This document shows positions 49,626 through 58,392 of a DNA stretch of 64,000 nt, one piece after another. Under the pieces are notes generated by a model, which saw nothing but the letters and a program-made list of their open reading frames with translations, was not told where the DNA came from and did no database searches. The position numbers and the translations under genes were made by a program. The stretch is from Labilithrix sp. (GTDB taxonomy: Bacteria; Myxococcota_A; Polyangia; Polyangiales; Polyangiaceae): the NCBI GenBank assembly GCA_026128965.1, contig JAHCIY010000002.1, positions 1,808,468 to 1,872,467 of the forward strand. Reading direction: 5' to 3'. Position 1 is the stretch's first letter. The number at the start of each line of letters is the position of its first letter.

Positions 49626-49676
49626 TGGAGCGGGAGAAGGGATTCGAACCCTCGACGTCCACCTTGGCAAGGTGGC
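49626..49676 (-). tRNA. partial tRNA-Gly(GCC), 3' 51 nt only (anticodon stem to CCA); att-site remnant
   Basis: Minus-strand sequence is GCCACCTTGCCAAGGTGGACGTCGAGGGTTCGAATCCCTTCTCCCGCTCCA. It closely matches the 3' half of E. coli tRNA-Gly GCC (..ACCTTGCCAAGGT..GGTTCGAGTC..TTCCCGCTCCA). The D-arm and 5' acceptor strand are absent. Confidence 0.7.
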
Positions 49677-49974
49677 AGAGGCGGGCGGGATCGCTCGACG
49701 AACATGGGCAAAACGCGCCTCCGGGAGCGCGCGCCACACCAGTCGCCACACCAGTAGCGGTCGGCGAGAGGAAGCGGCCGGAACGGTGTGGGCGGAAGAG
49801 GGAACAGAGCTTCAGTGATGTCGTGGCCTGGCTCGACCGTCACGGACGACCTGCCGAGCATCGTCCGTCGTGGCGTTGCGGCCATGCTGGCGGGAGGGCG
49901 AGCGAGGTCGTCCAAGAGAACGCGGCCTTCCACGCATGGCGGCGCGCCATTCGGCAGCACGCTCGGCGGCGCGC

Positions 49975-50475
49975 TCAGCCCTCGAGCCCGGTCTTCAACT
50001 TCGTCAGCAACCGGAACAGCGTGCGCGCCTCGTGCGGTGTGAGCGCGTTGAAGGTCGCGAGGACGGCGGCGTGGTCGCTTGGGTTGCGTTTGGCCCAGTA
50101 GCGATCGTTCTTCGGTGTCGTTTGGAGTCGGCGAATTCGACCGTCGTTCGGATCGGGCACGATGCGAACGAACCCCTTTCGCTCGAGGGCGAGCGCGATC
50201 TGCTTCACGTTCTGGTGGCTCGTCGCGAGGGCGGTAGCGCACTCGGAGAAGGACGGCCGCCCAAGACCTCGCGCGATCGTGAGTACCGCTGCCTGCTGCG
50301 TCGTCAGGCCATCTGCGGCGAGGAGCTTGTCGGTCATGTTCCGTAGACCGTTCGCGAGGACGATCAGGAGCCGGAACGTCTGGAGCCGTACGATCTTGTC
50401 CTGGCTCAGCGCGTCCACTTCTTCCTCGGAGAACGCGAGGCCCGGCTCCTCGGAGACGGTCGGCTTGCTCGACAT
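49975..50475 (-). CDS. MarR family transcriptional regulator
   Basis: wHTH region LTTQQAAVLTIARGLGRPSFSECATALATSHQNVKQIALALERKGFV. Confidence 0.8.
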   Translation of the reverse strand: MSSKPTVSEEPGLAFSEEEVDALSQDKIVRLQTFRLLIVLANGLRNMTDKLLAADGLTTQQAAVLTIARGLGRPSFSECATALATSHQNVKQIALALERKGFVRIVPDPNDGRIRRLQTTPKNDRYWAKRNPSDHAAVLATFNALTPHEARTLFRLLTKLKTGLEG

Positions 50476-50498
50476 AGGTAATATGTTACATATCTGGC

Positions 50499-51866
50499 AT
50501 GATCTGTCTCGTCCCGAACGCAGCGTTCCTTTCGGAGACCTCGCGCGCGCTTGCCATCTACAAGGCGCTCGTCGTGCGTGGGGCAGAGGCGTGCATCGTG
50601 ACGCACGGTGGGCCATACACGCGTGTGCTCGATGACGAGCGAGTGCCGTATACGGTCCTCGGCCCCGGATGGTCGAACGAGCGGGCACGCGCATTTCTCG
50701 GCGCGATTCCCGGAATCGGGCATCCTCGCGCGCGCCTCTACGAGCGTGAGGAGCTGCGAGCGCTCGTAGAGCTCGAGGCGAAGCTCCTTCGCGAGCGAGC
50801 CGTCCGCTGCGTCGTGACCGGGTTTGCTCTGACCACGCTCCTCTCGACCCGACTCGCCGGCATCCCTCTCGTGACCGATCACGCGGGATCATGGGTCCCC
50901 CCCGTGTGCGAACGGAATCTGTCACCCATCCCACTCCGCTCCACGATCCCCTTTGGCCGATGGCTACCGAGGTCGGTCGCGCTCTGGCTCACGAACTCAG
51001 CCCCATCGCGCGCGAGGCTCTATTGCGGCCAGTTCAACGAGCTTGCGGAGGAGCTCGGCGTTGAAATCGTGCCGAGCTTCGCCGCGCTCCTCCTCGGCGA
51101 TCTCACCCTCGTCACCGATTGTCCAGAGGTGCTCGGTATCTCGGCCGCCGACCTCGAGGCATGGAAGCCTCATCCTTCGCGCTATCGCGCCGGGACGAAG
51201 CTCCGCTACGTCGGTCCGCTGTTCGCGGAACTCTCCGCCCCCGTACCCGAGCGAGTGGAGCAGTTCCTGAATGCCGGAGCCGATCGACCGACGGTCTACG
51301 TCGCGATGACCTCGACGCCGGAGAGCCTGATTCGCGGGGTGGTCCAAGGAGCGAGGGCCGCCGACGTGAGGGTCGTCGTCGCGTCGACGGTGCACGACCT
51401 CGATGATCTCGCGGGAGAGGACGTGATTGTCGAAAAGATTCTCCCGAGCCATCGCATCATGCCGCGCGTGAATCTAGCAATCATCGCGGGAGGGCAGGGG
51501 AGCGTGCAGACGGCGATGGCCGGCGGCACACCCTTCCTCGGCATCCCGCTGCAGCCCGAGCAGGACTTCAACATCGTGGAGATGGAGCGCCATGGTGCGG
51601 CGCGCCGAGTCTCTCAGGAGGACGCGATCTCTCCGCGCATGACGGCGATGGTGAAGGAGGTCCTCGGCGATGCGAGCTTCAAGCTCGCCGCGGAGCGTAT
51701 CCGCGCGATCTACGCGAAGGCCGACGGTCCCGGCGCGGCGGCCGAGGCGATCCTCGAGCTCGTTGGCCATTCGAACCGGGCTCGGACGACGCCGTCCGGC
51801 GCGACGTGGGCGATGACGGCAAAAACCTCCGCAAGCGCGGCGGCCTCGAGCCCTCCGGAAGTGTAG
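50499..51866 (+). CDS. UDP-glycosyltransferase, GT1 family (macrolide-glycosyltransferase-like)
   Basis: C-terminal PSPG-like region HRIMPRVNLAIIAGGQGSVQTAMAGGTPFLGIPLQPEQDFN. Divergent from MarR. Confidence 0.8.
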   Translation: MICLVPNAAFLSETSRALAIYKALVVRGAEACIVTHGGPYTRVLDDERVPYTVLGPGWSNERARAFLGAIPGIGHPRARLYEREELRALVELEAKLLRERAVRCVVTGFALTTLLSTRLAGIPLVTDHAGSWVPPVCERNLSPIPLRSTIPFGRWLPRSVALWLTNSAPSRARLYCGQFNELAEELGVEIVPSFAALLLGDLTLVTDCPEVLGISAADLEAWKPHPSRYRAGTKLRYVGPLFAELSAPVPERVEQFLNAGADRPTVYVAMTSTPESLIRGVVQGARAADVRVVVASTVHDLDDLAGEDVIVEKILPSHRIMPRVNLAIIAGGQGSVQTAMAGGTPFLGIPLQPEQDFNIVEMERHGAARRVSQEDAISPRMTAMVKEVLGDASFKLAAERIRAIYAKADGPGAAAEAILELVGHSNRARTTPSGATWAMTAKTSASAAASSPPEV

Positions 51867-52025
51867 ACTCTGTCCGACTACGCAGCGGCGTGACCATCGC
51901 CCTCGCGCGACGATGACGTCCTCCGCGCGTTCGATCACGAGTCGGCCACGGACCGAAGCGACGAGCTCTCGGACGAGTTCCTCTGATCCCTCGTGGCATC
52001 GCCCTCTTGTCCCGCCGTCCCGGCG

Positions 52026-52325
52026 ATGAATTCCCGCCCGCACCCGTTCGCCGCGAAGCTCTCCCCCGGCCAGGCCGAGGAGGTCCGCCGGCTCCGCGCG
52101 AACGGTGCGCCCCTCGCCGAGATCGCCGGGAGGTTCGGCATCGCCAAGTCCAGCGCGTGCCGAATCACCAAGCTGAAGGCACACGCGCCCGCGGGAACGC
52201 TCCGCGTCGCGCTTCCCGAGTTCGAGTGGGCGCTCCTCGCCGAGCTCGCCGAGGACGGGGAGGTTCCCGCCGAGACGCTCGCCGCTGACCTCTTGGTCGA
52301 GATGCTTCGCAGCCGGGCGTGGTGA
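52026..52325 (+). CDS. small HTH DNA-binding protein
   Basis: AEEVRRLRANGAPLAEIAGRFGIAKSSACRI is a resolvase-type HTH. Confidence 0.5.
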   Translation: MNSRPHPFAAKLSPGQAEEVRRLRANGAPLAEIAGRFGIAKSSACRITKLKAHAPAGTLRVALPEFEWALLAELAEDGEVPAETLAADLLVEMLRSRAW

Positions 52326-52394
52326 CCGCACTTCGGATTCCGTGACGCGCGGTGTCAGTCCGGAGGTCGGGCTCGCTCAAACGTATCAGGGAGG

Positions 52395-53024
52395 ATGGTT
52401 CCCGAACGGTCCGACGGCGACGTGGTCGCCGTCTACGACAGCCTGCTCACGCAGGCCCTCCGCGAGATCCGGTCGCCCGCGACAACGCCGGGCCAGAGGA
52501 TCGCGTGGGCGCGCGTCGCCGAGCACGCCCTGGAGCACCTCCCCGAGACGGAGCAGCGCCTTGCCGAGACGCTGTCGACGGCCCGCAAGGTACTCGACTC
52601 GCCGGAAGCCGTGCAGCGCCTCATCCGCGGCGTCTGGAGCTGCGGCGGCTGCCGTAGCGCCGACGGTACCTGGAAGCGTCTCGTCGACTGGGTGGTCAAC
52701 CTCGCCGACCGGGCCCTCCGTGGCGAGCACTGGGCCACGTTCGCCTGGCTCGCGCACGTCGCCGTGCGGCTCGACGGTGTCGAACCAACGCTCAGTCCGG
52801 AATGGGAGCGAGGCGTCCGAGCCGCCCACGAGATGCCGAACGCGCACGTGCCGCTCCATCTGATCGCGTTCCACTGCGCGAGGAGGCTGGAGCAAGAGAG
52901 CGCGCCGCTGCCTGACTGGTTGCGCCTTCTTCGCTCGGACGAGCGCCTCGCCAACGCGTACAGCACCGACTGTTCGCTGGAGTACGAGATCCAGTGCGCC
53001 GTGTGCAAGCGAGTCGATCCATGA
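52395..53024 (+). CDS. hypothetical protein
   Basis: AGGGAGG Shine-Dalgarno. Protein-like. Confidence 0.55.
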   Translation: MVPERSDGDVVAVYDSLLTQALREIRSPATTPGQRIAWARVAEHALEHLPETEQRLAETLSTARKVLDSPEAVQRLIRGVWSCGGCRSADGTWKRLVDWVVNLADRALRGEHWATFAWLAHVAVRLDGVEPTLSPEWERGVRAAHEMPNAHVPLHLIAFHCARRLEQESAPLPDWLRLLRSDERLANAYSTDCSLEYEIQCAVCKRVDP

Positions 53025-53617
53025 GCGCCCCTGTATCGGCGCGACGCGGGCCGGAGAGCGCGTTCGAGCACCCGGCCTTCGAAAGCCTCTACGCTCGCGT
53101 TCTCCGCGATGTGGCCGACCATCGACTCGACGAGCGGACGCGAAAGGCCGCCGCCAGGGCGCTCGCATTCCTTCTTCGGGAGAACATTGACGAGGCCGTC
53201 GTAACCGACGTCCTCACGGCGGTGCACCGATCACTCGATCTTGCGGCCGTCGTCCGGTCTCTACTCTTGGGGCTCCGCGACGCGCTCGGCGACCACGAGC
53301 GGATCACGGAGTGGACCCGGCGTGCGGCGGACCGCGCCCACGCACAGGGGCACGTCGAGACGTTCGTGTCGGCGGTGCGCGTGTTGATCGGCCTTCGGGA
53401 CTTCGATGGCGCAATGCCTACGAGCTGGCAGCTCGCCATCATCCGCGCGTCCGAGGATCCGAGGTTGCGACGGCGACTGCTCCACATCGCCGACGGGTAC
53501 GCCCGGCGCTTTGGCTCGCACGCCCGTTGGGGCAAGACTGTTCGGGCAGGCTTCATCAGCGGAGCCGTCGCGGACGGGTCAACAGTCGGTCGGGAGGATC
53601 CGTGTACCGCCCCATGA
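53021..53617 (+). CDS. hypothetical protein
   Basis: ATGA-coupled to upstream. Alpha-helical composition. Confidence 0.55.
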   Translation: MSAPVSARRGPESAFEHPAFESLYARVLRDVADHRLDERTRKAAARALAFLLRENIDEAVVTDVLTAVHRSLDLAAVVRSLLLGLRDALGDHERITEWTRRAADRAHAQGHVETFVSAVRVLIGLRDFDGAMPTSWQLAIIRASEDPRLRRRLLHIADGYARRFGSHARWGKTVRAGFISGAVADGSTVGREDPCTAP

Positions 53618-53778
53618 TGTTCCTCGCTTTACTCCTGCTCTACGTCTGCATCACCTGGGACGGAAGCGGATCCGCCGGCCTTCCGTCTGTCTCGCACTCG
53701 CCGAAGGCACCCGCGGGCGTCCCGTCCCCTCCGAGCGCGTCCGAAATGCCGCCGAACGCAAGGACGGGCGCCCCGTAA
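53614..53778 (+). CDS. small secreted/membrane peptide
   Basis: MMFLALLLLYVCITW hydrophobic N-terminus. ATGA-coupled. Confidence 0.35.
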   Translation: MMFLALLLLYVCITWDGSGSAGLPSVSHSPKAPAGVPSPPSASEMPPNARTGAP

Positions 53779-54023
53779 TGACAGCGCCGGCGAGAATCGG
53801 GGCATGTAGGGCTTGTCTGGCCCGACCCAGGCGCCTCGATCCGAGCACCGGGGCGTGTTCCGTGTGCCTCACCCGCCGCGGCCGACGCTGGGTTGCCCTC
53901 TGCGTTCGCGCCCGGGAGGACGAGGCCTTCCGGACTTCGGTGCGCGCCCACCTGGACCCTCCCGCACGAAGGCTATTCGACAAGATGTTCGGCCCGCCTC
54001 GCCTTCGCGAGGTTGGCGAATGA
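53778..54023 (+). CDS. small zinc-ribbon protein
   Basis: CRAC...CSVC is a CxxC-x16-CxxC motif. Confidence 0.45.
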   Translation: MTAPARIGACRACLARPRRLDPSTGACSVCLTRRGRRWVALCVRAREDEAFRTSVRAHLDPPARRLFDKMFGPPRLREVGE

Positions 54024-54310
54024 GGAGGCCGAAGATCCACAAGGCATCGATCGCGGTCGCGTCGGACAGCTCGGTCGTCGCCAACGTCCACGGCTTCGCC
54101 GGCGAGAGGGATTCCGAGGGAATCCTCCGCCGGGCGATCGAGCTCGGCGGCGCCATCTTCATCGGGGTGAAGCTTCGAGGTCGTGAGGCCCGCGACGTGC
54201 TCGCCCGCATCGACGACGCCGGGCACGAGGGCGCCGGCGCGGCGTTCGTCGCCCGCGAGCGGAGGCGGAGAAAGAACACGGCGAAGGATGCGAAGAAGAA
54301 GCGGCGGTGA
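54020..54310 (+). CDS. hypothetical protein, paralogue A
   Basis: IAVASDSSVV...GILRRAIELGGAIFIGVKL...DDAGHEGAGAAFVARERRRRK. Confidence 0.5.
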   Translation: MRRPKIHKASIAVASDSSVVANVHGFAGERDSEGILRRAIELGGAIFIGVKLRGREARDVLARIDDAGHEGAGAAFVARERRRRKNTAKDAKKKRR

Positions 54311-54544
54311 CGGAGACGTCGCTCGCCTCCGCGTACCCGCTTTCATGGACCTCTCGGCACTCCTCCGACACCCGTGCGGCGTCTGCGGTCGGCCGGTCGC
54401 CTGGGGAGCCCGGCGGTGTCCTCGCTGCGGCGCGCGCGGCATGCTCATGACGCACGGTCCGGCGCACGTCGGCCTTCGGCACTGGCTGTTCGCAATTGGC
54501 GTCATCGTCATCCCGTTTATCGCCGCGGTCTGGGCGGCCCGTGG

Positions 54545-54850
54545 CCAGTGAGCCGGGCGCGGAAGAGGGGGCGGCAGACATGGCGTCAGCTCCACCCTTC
54601 ACCGATCGCGGTCGCGCTCGACGGCTCCGTGTTCGCCAGCTTCGGGCTCTACGACGGCGTGGACAACGCCGAGGCCGCGATCCGCACGGCCGCGGAGCAC
54701 GGAGGCCGGGTGTTCGTGGGCGTCGCGCTCGGTGAAGATGACGTGAATGACCTGAGGCAGTGGTTCGACGACGCCGCGTTCGAGGGCCTGGCGTTCGTGC
54801 TTGGCGCAAGGCCGAAGCGGCGACGACGCAAGGCGGGCCCTCGAGAATGA
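54545..54850 (+). CDS. hypothetical protein, paralogue B; non-ATG start inferred
   Basis: IAVALDGSVF...AEAAIRTAAEHGGRVFVGVAL...DDAAFEGLAFVLGARPKRRRRK aligns to paralogue A. Confidence 0.4.
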   Translation, partial: PVSRARKRGRQTWRQLHPSPIAVALDGSVFASFGLYDGVDNAEAAIRTAAEHGGRVFVGVALGEDDVNDLRQWFDDAAFEGLAFVLGARPKRRRRKAGPRE

Positions 54851-54854
54851 ACGT

Positions 54855-55160
54855 CTACCCCTTCTTCCGTGGCCGACCAGGCCGCCGAGGGGCTTCGTCG
54901 CGGGGAGGCTCGAACAGCGCGGCGATCGGCACGCGGAAGGCGTTCGCGAGGTGCGTTAGGGAGTGGATCGTGAGGTTCACGCCGCCCTCGATGCGGGCGA
55001 CGTACTGGAACGTGAAGTTGATGCGCTCGCCGAGCTCGGCCTGCGTCCAGCCGCGCTCCTTCCGGAGCTCGGCGACCCGGCGTCCAACGCCGTCGACGAC
55101 GCGTTCAGGATCGAGCTTCCGCACGCCGGGAAGGTCGCGGAGAGCGTCCTTCCAAAACAT
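54855..55160 (-). CDS. XRE family HTH transcriptional regulator
   Basis: LRKERGWTQAELGERINFTFQYVARIEGGVNLTIHSLTHLANAF. Confidence 0.8.
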   Translation of the reverse strand: MFWKDALRDLPGVRKLDPERVVDGVGRRVAELRKERGWTQAELGERINFTFQYVARIEGGVNLTIHSLTHLANAFRVPIAALFEPPRDEAPRRPGRPRKKG

Positions 55161-55253
55161 AAAGCGATAGTGTTAGTTTCGCACTTTGAGGTGATCCGCA
55201 GGAAGCCGGCTCCCGGTCCGAGCCAAGCGCGGAGCCCGAATTCGGGGGAAGAG

Positions 55254-55799
55254 ATGGACGACTACTCAGATGATCCGGCCATCAAGTCCATGGTGGAGGG
55301 GCACCGTAAGCGACAGCGTCTGATTCTGGGCGCCGCTGGGGCCGGTGCACTGTTGCTCGGGCTCATCCTCTTCGGCATGTCCCAACACGCCGAGGCGACC
55401 CGTAAGGAGGAGGAGCGGCAAGACCGCCTCCGCGTGGAAGCCAAGCAGAAGGTGGAGCGCGATCAGGAGAACGCGCGCAAGAGCGCACCCGTCCTCGACG
55501 TTCCGCAGCTCATCCGGGACGTCAACGACAACCCTGTACAGGCACGGAGCGTCTACACGGGGATCTTCTACGTGACCGGGGAAGCCCAAATCTTGCCGAC
55601 CGGCTTGCTCGTCCAAACGGGGCAGGGTCTCGCTTTCCTGTGCCGCTTGGACACGGGGTCCCTCGCCTCGCTTCACACGGGCGAGATGGTTGGCGTCACC
55701 GGGCGGATCCAGACGGAGCGGGGTCTCGGAGAGGTCGCTCCTCACATCTCGGACTGCCGACTCGAGGCTCACGGTACGACGCGAGACGTCCGACGATAG
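55254..55799 (+). CDS. membrane-anchored hypothetical protein
   Basis: GGGGGAAGAG Shine-Dalgarno. TM helix LILGAAGAGALLLGLILFGM. Confidence 0.6.
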   Translation: MDDYSDDPAIKSMVEGHRKRQRLILGAAGAGALLLGLILFGMSQHAEATRKEEERQDRLRVEAKQKVERDQENARKSAPVLDVPQLIRDVNDNPVQARSVYTGIFYVTGEAQILPTGLLVQTGQGLAFLCRLDTGSLASLHTGEMVGVTGRIQTERGLGEVAPHISDCRLEAHGTTRDVRR

Positions 55800-55929
55800 G
55801 CGTCTCTGGCTTGGGACCGTTCTCGCGTTGATCCGGTCGGCGGGTCTCGGCGCACGGGTCCCTCGGCGAGATCCGTGCATGAACCTTCGCTCCGAAGGAA
55901 GGTTCTACGACAATCCTGTATGCGATTAT

Positions 55930-55942
55930 CCCCCCCCCCCCC
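55930..55942. repeat. homopolymeric C13 tract
   Basis: ccccccccccccc, in a convergent intergenic region. Confidence 0.9.
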
Positions 55943-56089
55943 AAGACACGCCGACCGTCGCGGGGCAGGCCGGACCGCTCACGAGGAGCTCCAGCTGGAC
56001 GTCCGCGACATCGGCGAGGAGGCGTGGGGGCTTGCCCTGTTCTGGCCGATGCTGACGAGCGAACCAAGACGCCGCCGCTCCGGCCCGCG

Positions 56090-56470
56090 TCAGCATCGGC
56101 TGGAGGCATCGGCGCACCTGTCACGCGTGAGCACGTCGAAAACGACGCGTGGCATCGAGACGTCGACCGCCTCGCCGCGATACTCGACGCGCGGGCAATC
56201 CTCCGAGCGGAACACTCCGTGAGGGACGTGGTCGCCCTCGCCACTCCACATCCGGGCCCGATAGTCGACGAGCGAGCCGTCGCTGAGCTCGATCCAGAAG
56301 TGGATCGGGACAACGCGAACGCCGTCGACGAGCAGGTCTCCGGCCTTGGCGACGTGCGGTACGCCCGCCTCCCGCAGGGCGAACGAGAGCACCCTCGTCA
56401 TACCGTCGCATTCGAGGGGAAGGTCGGCGAACGCGTTCAGAAGATTCTGTAGCTGCTCTTGGTCGTGCAT
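56090..56470 (-). CDS. hypothetical protein
   Basis: The C-terminal 126 aa of the 285-aa ORF are protein-like. Upstream part is Arg-rich artefact. Confidence 0.4.
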   Translation of the reverse strand: MHDQEQLQNLLNAFADLPLECDGMTRVLSFALREAGVPHVAKAGDLLVDGVRVVPIHFWIELSDGSLVDYRARMWSGEGDHVPHGVFRSEDCPRVEYRGEAVDVSMPRVVFDVLTRDRCADASSRC

Positions 56471-56857
56471 TTCGGAGCGTACAGCTGCAGCCGGGGCTGC
56501 CGGGCCGCAGGCTCGGACGTCCGTCGCGTACCTCCACTCGTGGTCCGCTCCTACGCCAAGGAGACCTTGCGCCGCGCGACCTCCGTGCTGGGCGATATGC
56601 GCGCCGACGCGGAGGACCGCGAGGACGCGGCGAACGTTATCCGAATCATGCTCCCTCGCGCCCGGCCGACGGAGGCCGATCTCGCCGACGTGATCTCCGC
56701 GCTCGGACGGGCGCTGCACGTCTCGAGCGCGGTCCGGCGCGTGCTGATGTCGATCCGGTCGATGTCGCCGGTGATGACCGCAGTCCACGCAGGTCACGGC
56801 GTCGAGCGCATCATGCCCCGCGTCCACCGCGACGGCGACCACGAAGCCCTCTGCTAG
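56459..56857 (+). CDS. hypothetical protein
   Basis: Moderately protein-like. Strand assignment uncertain. Confidence 0.3.
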   Translation: MVVHFGAYSCSRGCRAAGSDVRRVPPLVVRSYAKETLRRATSVLGDMRADAEDREDAANVIRIMLPRARPTEADLADVISALGRALHVSSAVRRVLMSIRSMSPVMTAVHAGHGVERIMPRVHRDGDHEALC

Positions 56858-57022
56858 CTGCTCCTCGCCACGCTTGACGAGCACAGGTGGCGAGGATGGA
56901 TCCGGGCGGAGTGGGGCAAGGCTGCGTCGGAGTGGGCGGTCAGTCAACTGCCAGACTCGACCTGCCGCGCGGCGCGCCTCATCTCGTCATGGCTCCACGC
57001 GTTTGGGCGTGTCCCTGACTGG

Positions 57023-57304
57023 ATGACCGAGCTCGCCGAGGCGCATCCCGACCTGATCTCGTCGTCGTTCCTGCCGCGCGAGACGCGCTGGCAGCTTCAC
57101 CGCGCGGCGCCTTCAGTGCGCGGCTGGCATCACCTCGCGAGCGAGAACGGCTGGACGCCGATGGTCGCCCCTGCCTTATTCGACCACGAAGCGGACATCG
57201 CCACGACGACCCTTGAGGTCGCAATCGGCGAGAGCACCGACGGGAGCGCGAGGCTCCGGCTCCGCCTGTGGCTCCGCGAGATGACCGGGCAGACCAGCCC
57301 GTGA
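57023..57304 (+). CDS. hypothetical protein
   Basis: Protein-like. Stop overlaps the next start. Confidence 0.4.
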   Translation: MTELAEAHPDLISSSFLPRETRWQLHRAAPSVRGWHHLASENGWTPMVAPALFDHEADIATTTLEVAIGESTDGSARLRLRLWLREMTGQTSP

Positions 57305-57717
57305 TGCCCGTCGACGTCGCCGAGGAGATCGCCGGCACGGTGCTCATCATGTCGCGCCATCGTCTTGGCGCGGTCCTCTTGCTGAATCCGTCGCACGACA
57401 TCACCGGCGGCGTCCTGCTCGACGCCGTCGTGAGCCGGGAGCTTCTCGTCGCGCTCGCCGTCCCGGAGCACGTCAACCGGATCCACTGTGGCGCCGTCAT
57501 CATCCGAGGTGACCGCGTCGAGCGCGCCGGTGTGTCACTCTCGTGGGAGGAGGTCGTGGAGCGCGCCACCGAGCTCGCCGACGGCGTCGCGATCGCGCTC
57601 GACGAGGACACCGGCGAGATCCAAATCGTGGACGGGATGGGGCGCGTCGAGGTCGTGGATGCCGATGACGTCGCAGACGTGCTCCGTCGGCACGCGCGCG
57701 AGGCCGACCTTCGCTGA
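57304..57717 (+). CDS. hypothetical protein
   Basis: ATGA-coupled. Protein-like. Confidence 0.45.
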   Translation: MPVDVAEEIAGTVLIMSRHRLGAVLLLNPSHDITGGVLLDAVVSRELLVALAVPEHVNRIHCGAVIIRGDRVERAGVSLSWEEVVERATELADGVAIALDEDTGEIQIVDGMGRVEVVDADDVADVLRRHAREADLR

Positions 57718-57763
57718 CCCGTTCTCCGTGTTCTCCGCGCATGCGGCGTGATACCCGAGCGAC

Positions 57764-58264
57764 ATGGGATCAACGTCTACGGCGAGTCAAGACGACAAGC
57801 GGGTCGCGAAAGTCGTCGAGCGCATCTCGCACATCAAGGTACTGCGCGGTCAGCTCGATCCAGCAGCGGGCGTGGGCTACGAGGTGTCGTTCCTCGATGG
57901 CAAGCGGACAACCACAAGGCTCTTCTCCGCCGTGTCGGTGCTCGACGCGCGACCGGCCAACGGGGAGTTCTTCACGGCAAGCGAGCTTGCTTCCCAGGTC
58001 GACCGCTATCGCGCCCGAGAGCTCGCCGAGCACATCGTCCGTCGTCACGAGCGGGTCTCGTTCCAGTCGATGACGCACGACGAGGGCGTGCAGGCTGTGC
58101 TGACCACGGCGGCCTCCCTACTCCCAGCGCTCGATGCACAGCTCCGTGCTGCCCGCAGACAGATCGTGCTCGATGCCGTGGCGGCAGTGGGCGACGATGT
58201 CGACCTCACCGACATCGAGACGGCGTGGCACCAGTCCCACGTCGATCGCCTCCACGGAGGATAG
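57764..58264 (+). CDS. hypothetical protein
   Basis: Protein-like. Confidence 0.5.
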   Translation: MGSTSTASQDDKRVAKVVERISHIKVLRGQLDPAAGVGYEVSFLDGKRTTTRLFSAVSVLDARPANGEFFTASELASQVDRYRARELAEHIVRRHERVSFQSMTHDEGVQAVLTTAASLLPALDAQLRAARRQIVLDAVAAVGDDVDLTDIETAWHQSHVDRLHGG

Positions 58265-58392
58265 ATCTCCTTCAACCGAAGTCTCCGTGAAGACACTTCT
58301 TCGAGGAGATTTTGACCATCCCGCAAGAACCATCCCGTAACGGCGATGGTCATCTCGGTGAAGATCCGAGCACTGAACAAGTATCGGCGACC

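Noticed and set aside
57304-57717. Possible DisA_N/diadenylate cyclase domain (RHR..GAV and HCGAVII resemble GTRHRAA and HDGAVII)
   Set aside because: The two motifs occur in the opposite order from DAC domains and the glycine-rich ATP loop is absent, so the resemblance was judged coincidental.
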